From the human T2T-CHM13v2.0 reference genome, Homo sapiens, in assembly GCA_009914755.4 (NCBI GenBank), contig CP068257.2, positions 41,728,001 to 41,792,000 on the forward strand: a stretch of 64,000 bases of DNA. The letters run 5' to 3'. Shown piece by piece: positions 25,731 through 40,983 of this stretch; the stretch's first letter is position 1; the number at the start of each line of letters is the position of its first letter. The notes below the pieces were generated by a model. The model did not search any database, was not told the DNA's origin, and was given only the letters and a program-made list of their open reading frames with translations. The position numbers and the translations under genes were made by a program.

Positions 25731-28700
25731 CTCATGCTGACCAACATGAGGTGCCCTTCTCCTGCCGGGAGCCCGCCCGGTCACCAACACTCCCCCTGGG
25801 GCTCTCTGGCTCCTGACCTGGAGTCACTAGGGCCAACCCCATCAGACATGCTGGACAACTTTATGTGGGTCACTTAATGCCTCTGAACCTCAGCTTCCTC
25901 TTCTGCACGATGGAGACAAAAACATTTGCTCTTCAAGCCTGTGGTAGGGACCAGGTCAGAGTAAACAGGAAGACAGCTTTCGGCCAGGCGGTGCACCTCG
26001 GTGCCGGTGAGTGTGAGCGTGTGTGCGTGTGCACGTGTGCAGATGTGTGTGGACGCTCCCTTCTCCGCAGCAGCTCCTGACCCCCTGCAGGTGACCCTCA
26101 GCCAGCCCCAGGGCTGCCCCCACTCTCCCCTGTGGACACCTACCTCATTTGGGGTGAAGTGGGGGGACTGGGGTGTGAGGGGTGCTTTGGGGGGCACACT
26201 TCGACCCCTCTCTCTGCAGGCCAAGTCCTGAGGCTCAGTTTCCTCCTCTGTGCCCCGGCGACGTGGTGCAGGCCTCGCGAGTGACGTGAGGGTTCATGAC
26301 CCAGGTGTGGGCAGCCAGCCCTTCACGGGAGGCCACCCACCTGGCCACAGTGCCTGGGAATTTAGGTCGGGCACTGCCGATATGTCGCCTTCCACAAGGC
26401 GGGCCCGGGCCTCTGCTGACCGTGCACCGGTCCTGGGGCTGGGTAATTCTGCAGCAGCAGCGCAGCCCATGCCGGGGAATTTGCGGGCAGAGGAGACAGT
26501 GAGGCCCGCGTTCTGTGCGGGAACTCCCGAGCTCACAGAGCCCAAGACCACACGGCTGCATCTGCTTGGCTGACTGGGCCAGGCCCACGCGTAGTAACCC
26601 GGACGTCTCTCTCTCACAGTCCCCTTGCGTCTGGCCAGGGAGCTGCCAGGCTGCACCCCGCGGTGGGGATCGGGAGAGGGGCAGTGTCGCCCATCCCCGG
26701 AAGGCTGAGCCTGGTGCAGCCAGGGAGTGAGGGGGCGGGAAGCCGGGGTGCTGCCCTGAGGGTGCCCCGACGCGCTCTCCTGGGGCCCTGAGCGGCTGCC
26801 ACGTGCGTCCAGGGTTCTGGCCACAGGGTGGGCAGGGGCCCTGTGCTCCTCACTGGAGGCCCCTGAGGCTCTGGAACTGAGACCATCCACCCGCCGGCCC
26901 CCTCTCGCCGGCTCCGGCACCCCTGCCTACTGTGACTTCCTGCCCCGGACTCGCTCTGCCAGCTTGGGGCAAACCACTTCCCTCTGGGGTTTTCACTTCC
27001 CTCTTTCCCAAGTGGGGAAAGACCACCTGTCCCCGACCCAGAAAGGGCCCCTGCCCGAGGGCAGCAGCAGTGCCAGGCTGGCATGTGAGGCTTGGGGCAG
27101 GCCCGGCCCCCAGAGGCACAGGGGGATGCTCTGTGGGACGCTGTGTCGTTTCTAAGTACAAGGTCAGGAGAGGAGCCCCCTGACCCCGGAGGGGAGGAGA
27201 GGCAGGGCAGGAAACCGCCACCATCTCAGCCCACAGGCCTGGCTGCTGGGAGTTGCTGACAGCCCGCTCCTCCGGGGCCCCCAGGCCCAAGGCCACCCTG
27301 GGGTGTAGCTGTCCGCTAGGCCCTCTGTGCTCCCGGTCAACAGACCCACAGGGCCTGCTTGGCGGAAGGGGAGGGGTGTTAAGAATCAGCCCCCACAGAA
27401 AGCATTGCCAGGGGATTTTGTACCAAACCGAATGCACGGGTGGACGGGCAGGGCCTGTGGATGCGTAGGCCAGAGGGAGCGGAGCGATGACAGGGAGCCC
27501 CCGGGGTGGGCACGGAGCACAGTCCTTTCCCTCCCAGCAGGCACCTCCCACAGCCTCCCCACCTGCCCTCCGCCATCCCAGGTCGCCCCGACCCATCTGC
27601 TGGGGTCCTCACCCGCAGCCCATGAGTCTGGCCGCCAGGACGAGTGCCTATCAGCAGCCTAGACCCTGACCGCTGGAAGGTTGGGTTCTGTGGCCCAGGA
27701 GCAGTACCTGGCGTGCCAGGAATGAGCCCCTCTCACCACAGCCTCACACCCAGCCCCAGTCACACCACTGGGGACCGGGCTGGCCCCGGACACAGGCCCA
27801 CCAGTTCCTCCACCCCTGATTAGGCCCTTCTGTGGTTGGGGTGGGGTAAGCCCTGCCCTGCCTTGCCCCAGAGGCCTTCCACCTCCATTCCTGCCCTCCC
27901 TGGCCTGCCCTGAGTGGCCAACTCCCCACGAGGTTTGCCCCCTGCTGAAACCCTCCCCATGCCCGGCTGGCACCGCTGTCCCATCCAGCAGGAGCAGCCC
28001 CTCCCAGCCAGAGCCTGCCCTCACAGTGGCTTCCCTCGCCGTGTCCAGGGCAAGGCGCCCCTCCCACCCCCAGCAGCCCTGCGAGGCTAAGGTCCCAGAA
28101 GCCTGGGGGAGACCCAGGAGCCATTTCCCAGGACGTAGCGGGGGCTTCCGGGCAGCCTGAGGAGGAGGGAAACGGAGCTTGTGTGGGTTCAGCAGGAACA
28201 GGCAGCCCGTGTCCCCCCTTGGGTCCAGCCTTCTGAGAGTCCCGCCTGCCAAGGCCCTCACCTCCCAGGGAAAGCACTTCACTTCAGTGCAGCTCCTTGC
28301 TGCGACAGCCAAGAGCCCCCAGAACAGCTCCGAGGAGGTCGCAGGACATAAGAAGCCCCAAGGTTGTTTCTGGGGGCCATGGGGGAGGAGAGCCCTGGGG
28401 CACCCCACAAAGAGGAGGAGGCAGAAGTGGGCAGGGAAGGGGAGGCTGTGGAGTCGCGGATCCCACCCGCAAGCAAGGGCTCTGCGCGCTGTTTTCTGTG
28501 TCTCTCCATCTGCCTCTGTCTACCCCAACAGGGAGGATGTGTTTATTTAAAGATGCCGCTACTCACAGCAGAAGTGTCTGTTTCAAAGCAGAAATATGAT
28601 CCTGTTTGGGTTGGAGGAGGGAGTCATTCCATGAGGAAAATATTTCTTCTTTACAAAAAGAGGGCCCTGGAGCGTGGAGAGGGCAGGAGGGCGGACACCA

Positions 28701-28829
28701 CGGGGCAGCTGAGAACTGGAAGCGGGGATTCTGGGCTCTGGGGCTAGGACCCCGGCCCAGGCTCTTCCCTGATAGCCCTGGTGACTCAACGCGTGGGTCT
28801 TTTGTCCTTCACGGATAGGAACCGGCGTG

Positions 28830-29260
28830 TTTGGGCTTCTTAGTTTCCTGTGGCTGCCGAAATTCATTCCATCACAATTCTGGAGGCCAGAAGTTCAAAA
28901 TCAACATGTGGGCAGAGCCACGCACCCTCCATGGGTTCTAGCGGAAGATCCTTCCCTGCCTCGTCCATCTCTTCCAGCTCCTGGTGGCCCTTGGCTTGTG
29001 GCTGTGCCACTCCAGTCTCCGTCTTCACGTCCGTCCCCCTCGTGCCCGTGACTCTGGGTCCCAATTTCCCCTCCTGTCAGGTGTCTCTGTGACAGGACCC
29101 CTGTCACACAGGGATTAGGCCCACCTTGCTCAAGTATGACCTCATCTTAACTTGATGACTTCTGCACAGACTCTATTTTCAAATGAGATCACGGCAGGTG
29201 CCAGCGCTTAGGACCTGGACATACCATCTTGGGGGCACAATTCAACCCATAATACCCTCC
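28830..29260 (+). repeat. Dispersed repeat copy (family A)
   Basis: ...gaaattcattccatcacaattctggaggccagaagttcaaaatcaacatgtg... and ...gattaggcccaccttgctcaagtatgacctcatcttaacttgatgacttctgcacagactctattttcaaatgagatcac... parallel the copy at 62290-62700. Confidence 0.45.
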
Positions 29261-32200
29261 TTCTTAAAAAGAAAGTGAAAGTGGAGGCCGACCTTGAAAC
29301 GCCAAGGCCTTCCTCCTGCGGGGGCGGGGTGGGAGAGGGGCCTGGCCACCCGCTGAGCCCCGCTCTCAGGCAGCATCTCTGGTGGTAGGAGGGGCCCTGG
29401 GGGGCAGCACAGGCAACAAAACCCAGGATGCCCTAGAGGCCCGTCACTGCCCAGGGGGCTCTGAGGTCCGGCTGCAGCATCAGGGTCTGACCCGCTCGGA
29501 CATTTACCGCCTCTGTGATCTGGACTGAAGGCTTCAACCTTTAGTTCTCCCTCTGTGAAGTGCGCTGACAGAGAGGCCTTGGTGAGGTCACCGGGACAGC
29601 TTGCCCGTGCCCAGCGAGGGAAGGAGGAAGATGGGGCCGGCCACTCCGCTCAGCTGCAGGACGACACCCTTATGTACTTCCCAGCTAACCTGAGACCTCA
29701 GTTTCCCCATCTGCACCCCTGTGAGGACAAAATCTCTGCTTTGCTCCCCACCTTACCCACGCATGAGGCCTCACCCTTTGACACAGCAAGATGAGCCCCA
29801 GGAACGGGAGGTGGGAGAAGGCAGCCTAGCCAGCCTCTACATCCAGAGGCCCACACCCCCAGCCTTGCGTCTGGGGAACGTCCCAGAGTCCAACCATCTC
29901 CCATCTGAGGGGCTTGGGGTCCTGCAGCTGCAGACGACTGCACCCTCAGGGCCGACACCCACCCTGGACGGGCAGACATGCACCCCTGCTTACGCCAACT
30001 GCTCTGTCTGGGTGCCAGGCAGGGACAATTCAGCCCTATCACGGGAGCACTGCCGGGGGCTCCCACCCACCTCTGGTCCTCCGGCCACGTGTGCCTCAGT
30101 TTCCTGACCCATAAAGCAGGGAGGCTGCGATGACAACCTCAGGGGGGAACATCCCCAGGGGCCTGGGCACAGTGGCGTTCAGGACATAAACCACTGTGGC
30201 CAAAGCCTCTGGGACAGGCCTCTGAGCATATGCAATCAGGAGAGTGGGGAGAAGCCAGTCGCTGGGTCCAGGAAGCAGAAGGGAGGGTGCTGAGGGCACC
30301 TGCTGTGGGTGCTTCCTTGGGGTAGAAACGAGACCAGAAGCCCCTAGGGATGAGAGCCTGGCCACGGCAGGGACCCTGGAATACAGATGGATCCCACATG
30401 CAGAGCGCGTCCCCGGGAGACCCCAGACCTGGACGGTCAGCAAGGCCTGGGGTGAGAAACAGCTCGGTCCCAGGTAGGAGGGGTGCCCAGAGCCACCACA
30501 GGCTCTGTGACGGGAGGGCCAGGCAGCCATCACCGCCCACTGGGCTGAGCCTGCCCTGCACTTCCAGCTCCTGCTCCCGGAAACTGCCCGGTGTGGGGGC
30601 CAGAGGGTGACCCCACAGCACTGTGGCCCAGAACACGCGAAGGCAAGCTTCACCCGACTCGGACCACTGCTACCGACCGTGGCCAGCCCACATCACTGGA
30701 GCCCGGGCTCTTTCCCCCGACTGGGGGCATTGCCGGGGTGTGTGCTGGGGTGCGCCCCCGTCCCCCACAGGACCTGGCCGTCCACTCCACTCACCAAGGG
30801 CAGCTCCAGCCACCCCCTGCAAGCTCTGCTGGACCCTCCCGCTCCCTCACCCATTGCTGTAACCTTCCCGCCATCCTTGGTGCCAACCCTACACCTGGGA
30901 GCCACAAACGCCTCTTGGATCCCAAGCCTCCAGGCAGGGTGGTTCTGAGCGGGGTAGCATCTCCCAAGCCCTGGCCAGCCCCGAACCCCCTGCACCACCC
31001 CAGCAGGGCCCGGGGAGCTGTGGTGCTCTGAATTCTGAGTGGCCGATGGCGCATCATGCCGGTGAGAGGTAATAATCACTGCCTGACTCAGACACGCAGA
31101 CTGCTGGGCTGTCATGCCTATTTCAGGAAAATTAATTATACCCCATGCCGAGAGGGAACTCGCCCATTTAACGTCTTCAACGCACCTGCCCAGAATGCCA
31201 TGGCACAGCCTGCCTGCACCCCTGGGCATGGGAAAGGGTGGGCAGAGCCCCCAGTTTCTCCAGGTGTCAGGCGGGCTTGCAGGGTGGTGGCCAGCAGGGC
31301 TCCAGGCCCTTCTAGCCAGGCCCGACCCCGTCACCACTGATACTGGAAACTGCAACCTTTGCCCAGGGAGTCCCCTTTGAAAGCCAAGCCTTTGATCCAG
31401 CTGAGTGCCAGAAAAGGCCTTGGGCCGGCCCTGGGGCTGGCCCGAGGACCTGGCTCAGGGACCTGGCTGGCCCTACTGTGGCATTAGAAAGCTCCGCACC
31501 AGTAAGCCGACCGTTGCCCACATGGGAAGGCTGCCCTATGCCCTCTGGACAGCTGGCCCTGCTGGCAAGCCCGTTTCCTTCTCCTACTTGCTCTATGGGG
31601 CCTGCTAAGATGGACAGCAGGCACGTCCAGGACCAGGGGCTGGGAGCTGGGCTTAGCTGCCCTGGGCTGAAATTCAGCCCAGGCCTCTGGGCCCCGAGCT
31701 TTACCTTTCCCTGGCAAGAGTTGATGTACACGTTGGCGTAACCAGGCTGCACACATCCCAGGACAAGCTTCCCAACTGTGACTAGCCATGGCTCACGTTT
31801 GCCTGGGTTCCCCCACCAGGCTCGCCCCAGGCCTGCCCTTGCTATGTCCTCAGACACCCGGGGGCAGGCACAGCTGTCACCCTCCTGGCAGCTGGAAAAG
31901 AAGGGCTTGAGCAGTTCTACAGCTCAGCGAGGCTGCAGGGCTTTGCAGGGAAGAGCCGCCAGGTGCCAGACGTCACGCGTGGCAAGGCAAATCCTACAGC
32001 CGGAACTGGCTGGCTCCGGTGCAGGCTTGGGACTTGTAGGCACACAGATCCACCCCGTCCTAGAGAAGCTGTCATTGCCACATCTACCAATTGAGGCTGT
32101 TGCATTTGTTAGTAGTTTTCAAATGTGTTTTGTCATTGTTATCATAAAAATAAATTTTATAAGAACACCATTCCACCAAACACAGTAAGAGTGATGGTTT

Positions 32201-32299
32201 CAGGCAAGCCCACAGCCTCCCTAATGCTTGCTGTGGCCCGGCGTCTACCATCTGACCACGAAGACGTGGACAGAGGCGTGTGCACCCCATCCCCTTCCC

Positions 32300-32487
32300 A
32301 CGTAGAGATACAATGGGTAATTAATGCACAGTTGACCCAGGAGATGACATGAAAAGAGGACATTCCCAGGAACAAAGAGGAGACCAGACAAACCAACTGG
32401 ACACAGAGCAAGAAACACAGGCATGTCATTCACTACACTCAATACTACATGGGCTTCAGCAACCTACGTGTGGATAAAGAAACTGTG

Positions 32488-32526
<39 letters not shown>

Positions 32527-32896
32527 AATACTACTCAGACATAAGAAGTAATGAAGTAATGGCATTTGCAGCAACTTGGATGAGATCGGAGGCTATTATT
32601 CTAAGTGAAGTAACTCAGGAATGGAAAACCAAACTTCGTATGTTCTCACTTATAAGTGGGAGCTAAGCTATGAGGATGCAAAGGCATAAGAATGACACAA
32701 TGGACTTTGGGGACTCAGGGGGAAAGGGCGGGAAGGGGGTGATGGATAAAAAACTACAAATCGGGTGCAGTGTGCACTGCTTGGGTGATGGCTGCACCAA
32801 AATCTCAGAAATCACCACTAAAGAACTTCCTCACGTAACCAAATACCACCTGTTCCCCCACAACCTATGGAAATAAAAAAGTTTAAAAAAAGGCTG
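32300..32896 (+). mobile_element. LINE-1 3' end fragment (older primate L1 subfamily), ending in A-rich tail
   Basis: ...gtgtggataaagaaactgtggtgtgtgtatata...tgatggaatactactcagacataagaag...catttgcagcaacttggatgagatcggaggctattattctaagtgaagtaactcag...atgttctcacttataagtgggagctaag... matches the L1 3' terminal consensus from memory; an internal (TA)n at 32490-32522 expanded from cacatatacac. Confidence 0.7.
32490..32522. repeat. (TA)n microsatellite
   Basis: Read directly. Confidence 0.9.
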
Positions 32897-33499
32897 CTAA
32901 ATGGGCTAAACTCACCAATGAAAAGCAGAGATGGTTGGACTGGCTAAAAATCAAAGACTTAAAGTATGCTGTCTGCAAGAATCACACCTGAAAGACAAAG
33001 ACAGACTGCAAATATAGAAATGGTCAAAGATACAGCATTCAAACCCTGACCCCGGGGCGGCTGGCACGGCCACGAACATCGCAGGCAACATAGACTCCAG
33101 GGCAAGGAAGATGGACGAAGACACGTGGAGACAGTTCATCAGTGAAGAAAGGGTCAGCCTGTTAAGGAGACCCACAGTCCTAAATATGCACGCACGTGAT
33201 GGAAAGCTTCAAAATATGCAGCTGGAAATGAGAGCAGTGAAGACACAGATGAAGGCACGAGCTTCGTCCGCCACCTCACGCTCTTCCCCCAGCAATGAAC
33301 AGAGAAAGAAGACAGGTCAGTGGAATGTAGACAGCTCCAAAAACAGCATCTCCAGCTCGCTCGGATGTCTGGAGGCTTCCCGACCGCAGCAGAATACGCG
33401 CTTTTCTCAGGGCACATGGTGTAGACCCAAGCAGTCAGCTGTAAATTAAAAATTAACAACTAAAAGTTACCTAAAAATGGCTAAGTATTAAATAATTAG

Positions 33500-33962
<463 letters not shown>

Positions 33963-34231
33963 TAAATGTTTATATCAGAAACAAGATATAAAATCAATGA
34001 TTTGATCTTTTAAAAAGCTAAAGAAGAGAAAATTCAAATCAAATTAAGTAGAAAAGGGTGATAATACAGAGAGGAAATCAACTACATAGAAAATGAATAA
34101 GCAATAAAGCGAATCCATGGAACCCAAGGGTGGATCTTGGAAAATTAAAACAAATTGATAAACTTCCAATCAAAAAGATAAAAGAGAGTAAATACAAACC
34201 TTTAATATCAGAAATGAAATGGAAGACATTA

Positions 34232-34584
<353 letters not shown>

Positions 34585-35015
34585 GAATATTGTGGACTTT
34601 ACACCAACAGACCTGACAACCCGGAGGACAGGAGCATGTGCCGTGACAGACGCGAACTTTCAAACTCACTCGAAAACGAAATCCCAGATCTGAATGGTTC
34701 TCAACCTACTAAAGAAACTGAATTTGGGATTCAAAACCTTCTGATTAAGAAACTAGGCCCACATGCCTTCCGTGATTTAAAGAAGCATTTAGGGACTCAA
34801 ACATTCAAGGAACAAATAATAACAATTCTACACAAGTAGACAGTCAATACAAGGTGCAGAAATTGACAAGCTGATTCTAAAATGTATACAGAAATGTAAA
34901 AGACCTAAAAAAGCAAAAATAATTTAGAGAAAGAACAAAATTAGATGATTTCCACTACCTGGTTTCATTAAGATTTAAGCTATGAGGATAATAATAATCA
35001 AGACACGTGCTGTGC

Positions 35016-35296
35016 TGGCCAGGTGCGGTGGCTCACGCCTGTAATCCCAGCACTTTGGGAGGCCGAGGTGGGCGGATCACAAGGTCAGGAGATGGAGACC
35101 ATCCTGGCTAACACGGTGAAACCCCGTCTCTACTAAAAATACAAAAAATTAGCCGGGCGTGGTGGCGGGCGCCTGTAGTCCCAGCTACTCGGGCGGCTGA
35201 GGCAGAAGAATGTCATGAACCCGGCAGGCGGAGCTTGCAGTGAGCCAAGATCGCGCCACTGCATTCTAGCCTGGGGAACAGAGCAAGACTCCATCT

Positions 35297-35327
<31 letters not shown>
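35016..35327 (+). mobile_element. Alu SINE (plus, AluY-like, 38-nt pure A-tail)
   Basis: TSD agacacgtgctgtgc / agacatgtgctgtgc at 35001-35015 and 35328-35342. Confidence 0.9.
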
Positions 35328-35330
<3 letters not shown>

Positions 35331-35908
35331 CATGTGCTGTGCCACAGAACAGATAGATCCGCGGAACACAGCAGAGCCCAGAAGCAGACTCTCGAGTTGA
35401 TGGTTACTTGATTTCTCACAAATGTGTCATATTAATTCAATGGGCAAAGCGGAGTCTTTCAGTAAACGGCGCTGGAACAACTGGTTATCCACAGAAAAAA
35501 ATAAAAATAAACCTCAACTGCTATCCCGAACCAGAGGCAAAAATCAACTCAAAGTGGACAGAGCTGTAGACACGAAGGCTGAAAGCATAAACCCACTGGA
35601 AGGGCACACAGGAGAGCCCCCAACACTGGGGTAGACAGAGCTTTCTTGGATAAGACACAAAAAGCACCAGCTGCAGAAGATTAAATGATCAGCTGGACTT
35701 CATAACAATAAAAACCTTCAACTCTTCACTCTTCAAATGAAAGGCAAGCCACAAGGGAGAGAAATATTCTGTGTGTGGCAGGAGGAGAGGGTACAGACAC
35801 ATACACTCATGTGACAAAGGGACTTGGGTTCAGAATATAAGGTCAGAATATAAGGAACTCCAACAACTCAATAATAAGAATTCAAACAACCCAATAAAAA
35901 TTAGCAAA

Positions 35909-36555
<647 letters not shown>

Positions 36556-37449
36556 TCATTTATAATCGCCCCATGCCGGGAACCACCCAAACGTTCATCA
36601 CCAGGTGAGTGGGTAAACAAACGGTGGCCTTCCCCACCACGGAACACGACTCAGCAGGAAACAGGAATGAGCTCCTGATGCGCGGCACGTGGAGGAAGCC
36701 ACGTTTAATTATGCTGAGTGAGAGAAGCCAGCCCATCAGGAGCACACGCTGTCTGATTCCATTCCTAGGAATTCTGGAAAATGCAAACGCATGCCCAGTG
36801 ACAGGAAGCAGGTCATCCGTTGCCTGGGGCCGGGAACACGGCAAGGGCACGGAGCGGAGAGCCCAGGGGAGCTTTCTGGGTGACAGGCGTGTTCTGTGCG
36901 TCAATTCTGATGGTGGTGACCCAGGTCGGTGCCCGGCAGAACTCCTTGAAGTTCGCACCAAAGACGACGCATTTGGTTCAGGTCACTGGGAGCTCGGTGG
37001 AGCTGATTTGTTCTGGGGCACATTTCTGCTGAGACGGATTTGCGTTCTCCCCTGAGCCTCACAGTCTTCCGGCCCCCCGCTCTGGAACCCAGGGCCCCGG
37101 GCTTTCCACTTAACCTCTTGGCTGGAAGGGAACATGCTCTGTGATCATAGGAAGGTACCTTCCCCTTCAAATTTCAAAGAAAAGCCCCTAAAATCTGCTG
37201 GGGAAGCCCATTCATTCCAGACCAGAACACTGCAAAGGACAAAAGGGGAATGGAGCATTTCTGGCCACCTGGGTTCCCTGAGTACTTTTTCTAAGTCCTT
37301 TCTTGTTTCTTGTTTCTTTCTTTCTTTCTTTTTTTTTTTTTTTTTTAACAGAAATCACATTCAAATACGTGAAATAATAATAATTAGAAAAAAGTGAGTC
37401 AGACTGAGACCCCAGCAGTTCCCCTGAGGAAAGAAACTGAACATTCCCT

Positions 37450-37760
37450 ACCTCCTCCCTCCCTCCCTCCTATCTCCCTCCTCCCTCCCTCGTCTCCCTC
37501 CTCCTTCCCTCCTCTCTCCTTCCCTCCCTCTTCTCTCCCTCTCTCCCTCCTCTCTCTCCTTCCCTCCCTCCTCTCTCCTCCCTCCTCTCTCTCCTCTCTT
37601 CTCTCCCTCCTCTCTCCTCCCTCCCTCCTCTTTCTCCTCTCTTCTCTCCCTCCCTCCCTCTCTGCCTCCCTCTCTTCTCCCTCTCTGCCTCCCTCCTCTC
37701 TCTCTCCTTTCCTCTTCTGTCCTCCCCTCTCCCCTCCCTCTCCCCCTCTCTCTTCTCTGC
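37450..37760. repeat. Polypyrimidine (CT-rich: ctccct/tctc motifs) tract ~310 bp, preceded by (TTTC)n/poly-T at 37300-37350
   Basis: Read directly; source of the 373-aa + and 289-aa - artefact ORFs (S/L/P-rich and E/R/G-rich). Confidence 0.85.
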
Positions 37761-40030
37761 CAGGCGCCACACCAGCTGCACAGGCAGGACCCGGAGCCCA
37801 GCCCTCCTGGTCTCTGAAGAGCCAGACCTGGACACCTTCCTCAGGACCCGCCCGCCTCCGAACAGCAGACTCCTCCCAAGATCAGAGGTGGGGCCACAGG
37901 CAGGGCGGCTGTGCTCACCCAAGCCCTCACCAGCATGCCGCCTCAACACCCCGGTGTTATTCCGGAAGAAACACGAAGAGGCCAACTCTGTTTCTTCCAC
38001 CCCAAGAGAGTCGGTTCCTCTTAGGTCAGATTCAGTTCCTGCCTCCGAGGGAGGCGAGCACGTGCAGAAACAGGTGGATCTTCCCTCGGCTCCCTCCAGG
38101 CTGGGCCCAGGGACCTCCCTCTGGCTGGGGCATCCCCTCTCTCCCCACCCCCACCCCGAGAGGCCAGTCCTGCTCCTGGGAGCCAGTATTTCTGGACTGC
38201 CGGAAAGCCTTCTTCTTATCCCGCGGCCCAGCGAGGAGAGCGCCAGCCGTTCAGGGTGACAGAAAAGCACAGAGGCAGGGCCCAGGCGCCTCCAGGCGAA
38301 GGCCTCCGCTCCCACCCCTGCGAGAGGAGGTGCGTCCACGACGGAATAAGCAGGCGGTCAGGTCGCCAACAATCCGGTCAACCAGGGTGCTTCTTCCCTG
38401 GTGGGTGTCTGGCCCCGTTCTTGCTGGGGATGGCGCTCGGGGATGCCACCGTGTTTCCCCAGGGCCCACTGTGCACCCTGCATGTCGCGCCCTTGTCACG
38501 GGAGCGGCCTGCTGACCCGGAGCACGCGTGGCCGTCACAAAGGGCTGCAAAGCTGCAGCACCAGAACGCAAACTCAGGCGTGCGGCAACGGAGGCCACGT
38601 TCTCAGCCACCGTGCCACTCTGCATGTCAGCTGGCTGGGCGTGCCTCCGTCTTGTGTTAGCAAGGACATGGCAATCACCTGATTTGCTTTGGTTGAAGCT
38701 CCAGGCAGTACCTGGCCCCTCACCAGACTGAAAAAGAAAGTCCCAGAACCCCAGAACCCCGCATGGCTCAGAAGTGCCATCGAGTACTAGGGGTGCGCCA
38801 GGGCCCGGCTCAGCCCGGCCAAGCCCCAGCAGGAAGGAACATGTCCTCAACGAGAACATCCTGCAAAATGCCCGGGGTGGGTGGGGGATGCTCACGGTGC
38901 CAGACGTGGGCTAGGGGCCATAAAGGACCCTCAGGCAAGGGGCAAACACACCCATGGGTGTGGCCAGCTCCCTCTACCCATCAGGACCTCCCCAGTGGAG
39001 GGACTGAAATGACTCAGGAGCAGATCAAGGGGCCCAGGGCAGAATTCTGGAGTCCTACAAGGCCTGTGGGAGGCTCCCCAAGGGGGGCTCCAACTTTCAA
39101 CCTGAGAAGTCTAAGCCTCTATCACCATCATCATCGCCATCGTCTTCGCCACCATCAGGAGTTCTGGAAGAAGCGCCCAAGCATGGGAGACGCAGGGATG
39201 GTTTTGCCAGTGCTGTGTGTTAAGGAGCTGCTACCTGCTGGGGCTGCTTCAGTACCCTGGAGCACCATGAGACACATCTGTCCCCACGAGGAGCTGACCA
39301 CTAGGTCGGGGAGCTGAGACATGGGCAGGTCACACCCTGAATTCGCATGCACGACACGACAAGAGGTTCCGACTCGAGGTTCCTGGTTTCTAAGGCTCCC
39401 AAACAATAAACACAGGTGCCCTCAGCACAGCCGCCCGGCTCCTTGTTCAGCAGATGCCACACAGCCCAACCTTGGTGTCCTGAGGCGGCCCCACTCTAAG
39501 CGGGGTGGAGCGACGAGGCTGCCTGGAGACAGAGCAGCTCCGTGGGCCCCCAGCTCCCCTGCCAGATTCCCCCACACAGGCATGGCCCAAGCAGGCACCT
39601 CCGCTCACTCAGGAGTGCTCAGCCCTGGTTTGGCCTCCCTGTCAGACAGCCTCAAGCCACTAAGCCAGCGGCAGCCACAGCCAGGACCTCGGAGGCTACT
39701 GCTTTGTTCTTAGAGACAGCAAAACCGCAGAGATGACTCAGAAGACAAAGAGCCCCCTCCCCGGCCTCTCCCACCATCCAGCTGCCTGAGGGGCCGTCGC
39801 AGGGCAGGCTCTCCCGAGGGCCAGGACGCCCTGTCTGAGCAGGGCTCCAGGAACAATGAGGCTGGCCCCGGCCACACTTATGCCCAGCCAACCTCAGCAC
39901 TGACAGTGGCCTGCCCTGTGCCTGCCCCTGCCCATGGCTCCTGCCTGCTCTCCTCATGGGAACTGCTGCGCACTCACTGAGCATCTGCCTCCTTGAGAAA
40001 AAACTTTGTTTTCTTCTTAAAAACATTGTG

Positions 40031-40325
<295 letters not shown>

Positions 40326-40700
40326 GTAGTAAAATAAACGTAACATACAATGTATCGTTTTAACCATTTTTCGGTACACAGTTGAGTGCGTTAAGAACGT
40401 TCATACTGTTTTGCAGCCATCGCCACCGCCCAACTCCAGCACTTTTCATCCTCTTAAACTGCAATTCCCACCCATTCATCTCTGGCTCAGCAGCCCCTCC
40501 CCAGCCCCCGGCACCCCCCACTCCCCCTTCTGTCTCTGTGAATCTGTCCCCTCTAGGGCCCTCGCGTGTGTGTTCTTTTATGACGGGCTTGTTCCACTGA
40601 GCACGGCATCCTCAGGGTCCATCCTCGCTGGCAGCCATGCTGGGCTTTCCTTTTGTACGGCTGAGGCCTATTCCACTGTCGGCATGGACTACATCTTCTT

Positions 40701-40983
40701 TGTTTGTTTTTTTGAGACAGAGTTTCGCTCTTGTTGCCCAGGCTGGAGTGCAATGGCACAATCTCGGCTCACCACAAACTCCGCCTCCTGGGTTCAAACG
40801 ATTCTCCTGCCTCAGCCCCCCCGAGTAGCTGGGATTACAGGCATGCACCACCATGCCCCGCTAATTTTGTATTTTTAGTAGAGATGAGGTTTCTCCATGT
40901 TAGTCAGGCTGGTCTCGAACTCCCAACCTCAGGTGATCCGCCCACCTCAGCCTCCCAAAGTGCTGGGATTATAGGCGGGACCA
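40701..40983 (-). mobile_element. Alu SINE (minus, 5'-truncated)
   Basis: TSD catcttctt at 40692-40700 and 40985-40993. Confidence 0.9.

Noticed and set aside
33111-33449. 112-aa plus-strand ORF (MDEDTWRQFISEERVSLLRRPTVLNMHARDGKLQNMQLEMRAVK...)
   Set aside because: Lies within the decayed L1 ORF2-derived segment; it is a remnant of transposon coding sequence, not a host gene.
37394-38895. 373-aa (+), 289-aa (-) and 214-aa (-) ORFs
   Set aside because: Translation of the polypyrimidine tract (poly Ser/Leu/Pro; Glu/Arg/Gly on the opposite strand) and adjacent GC-rich sequence; not coding.
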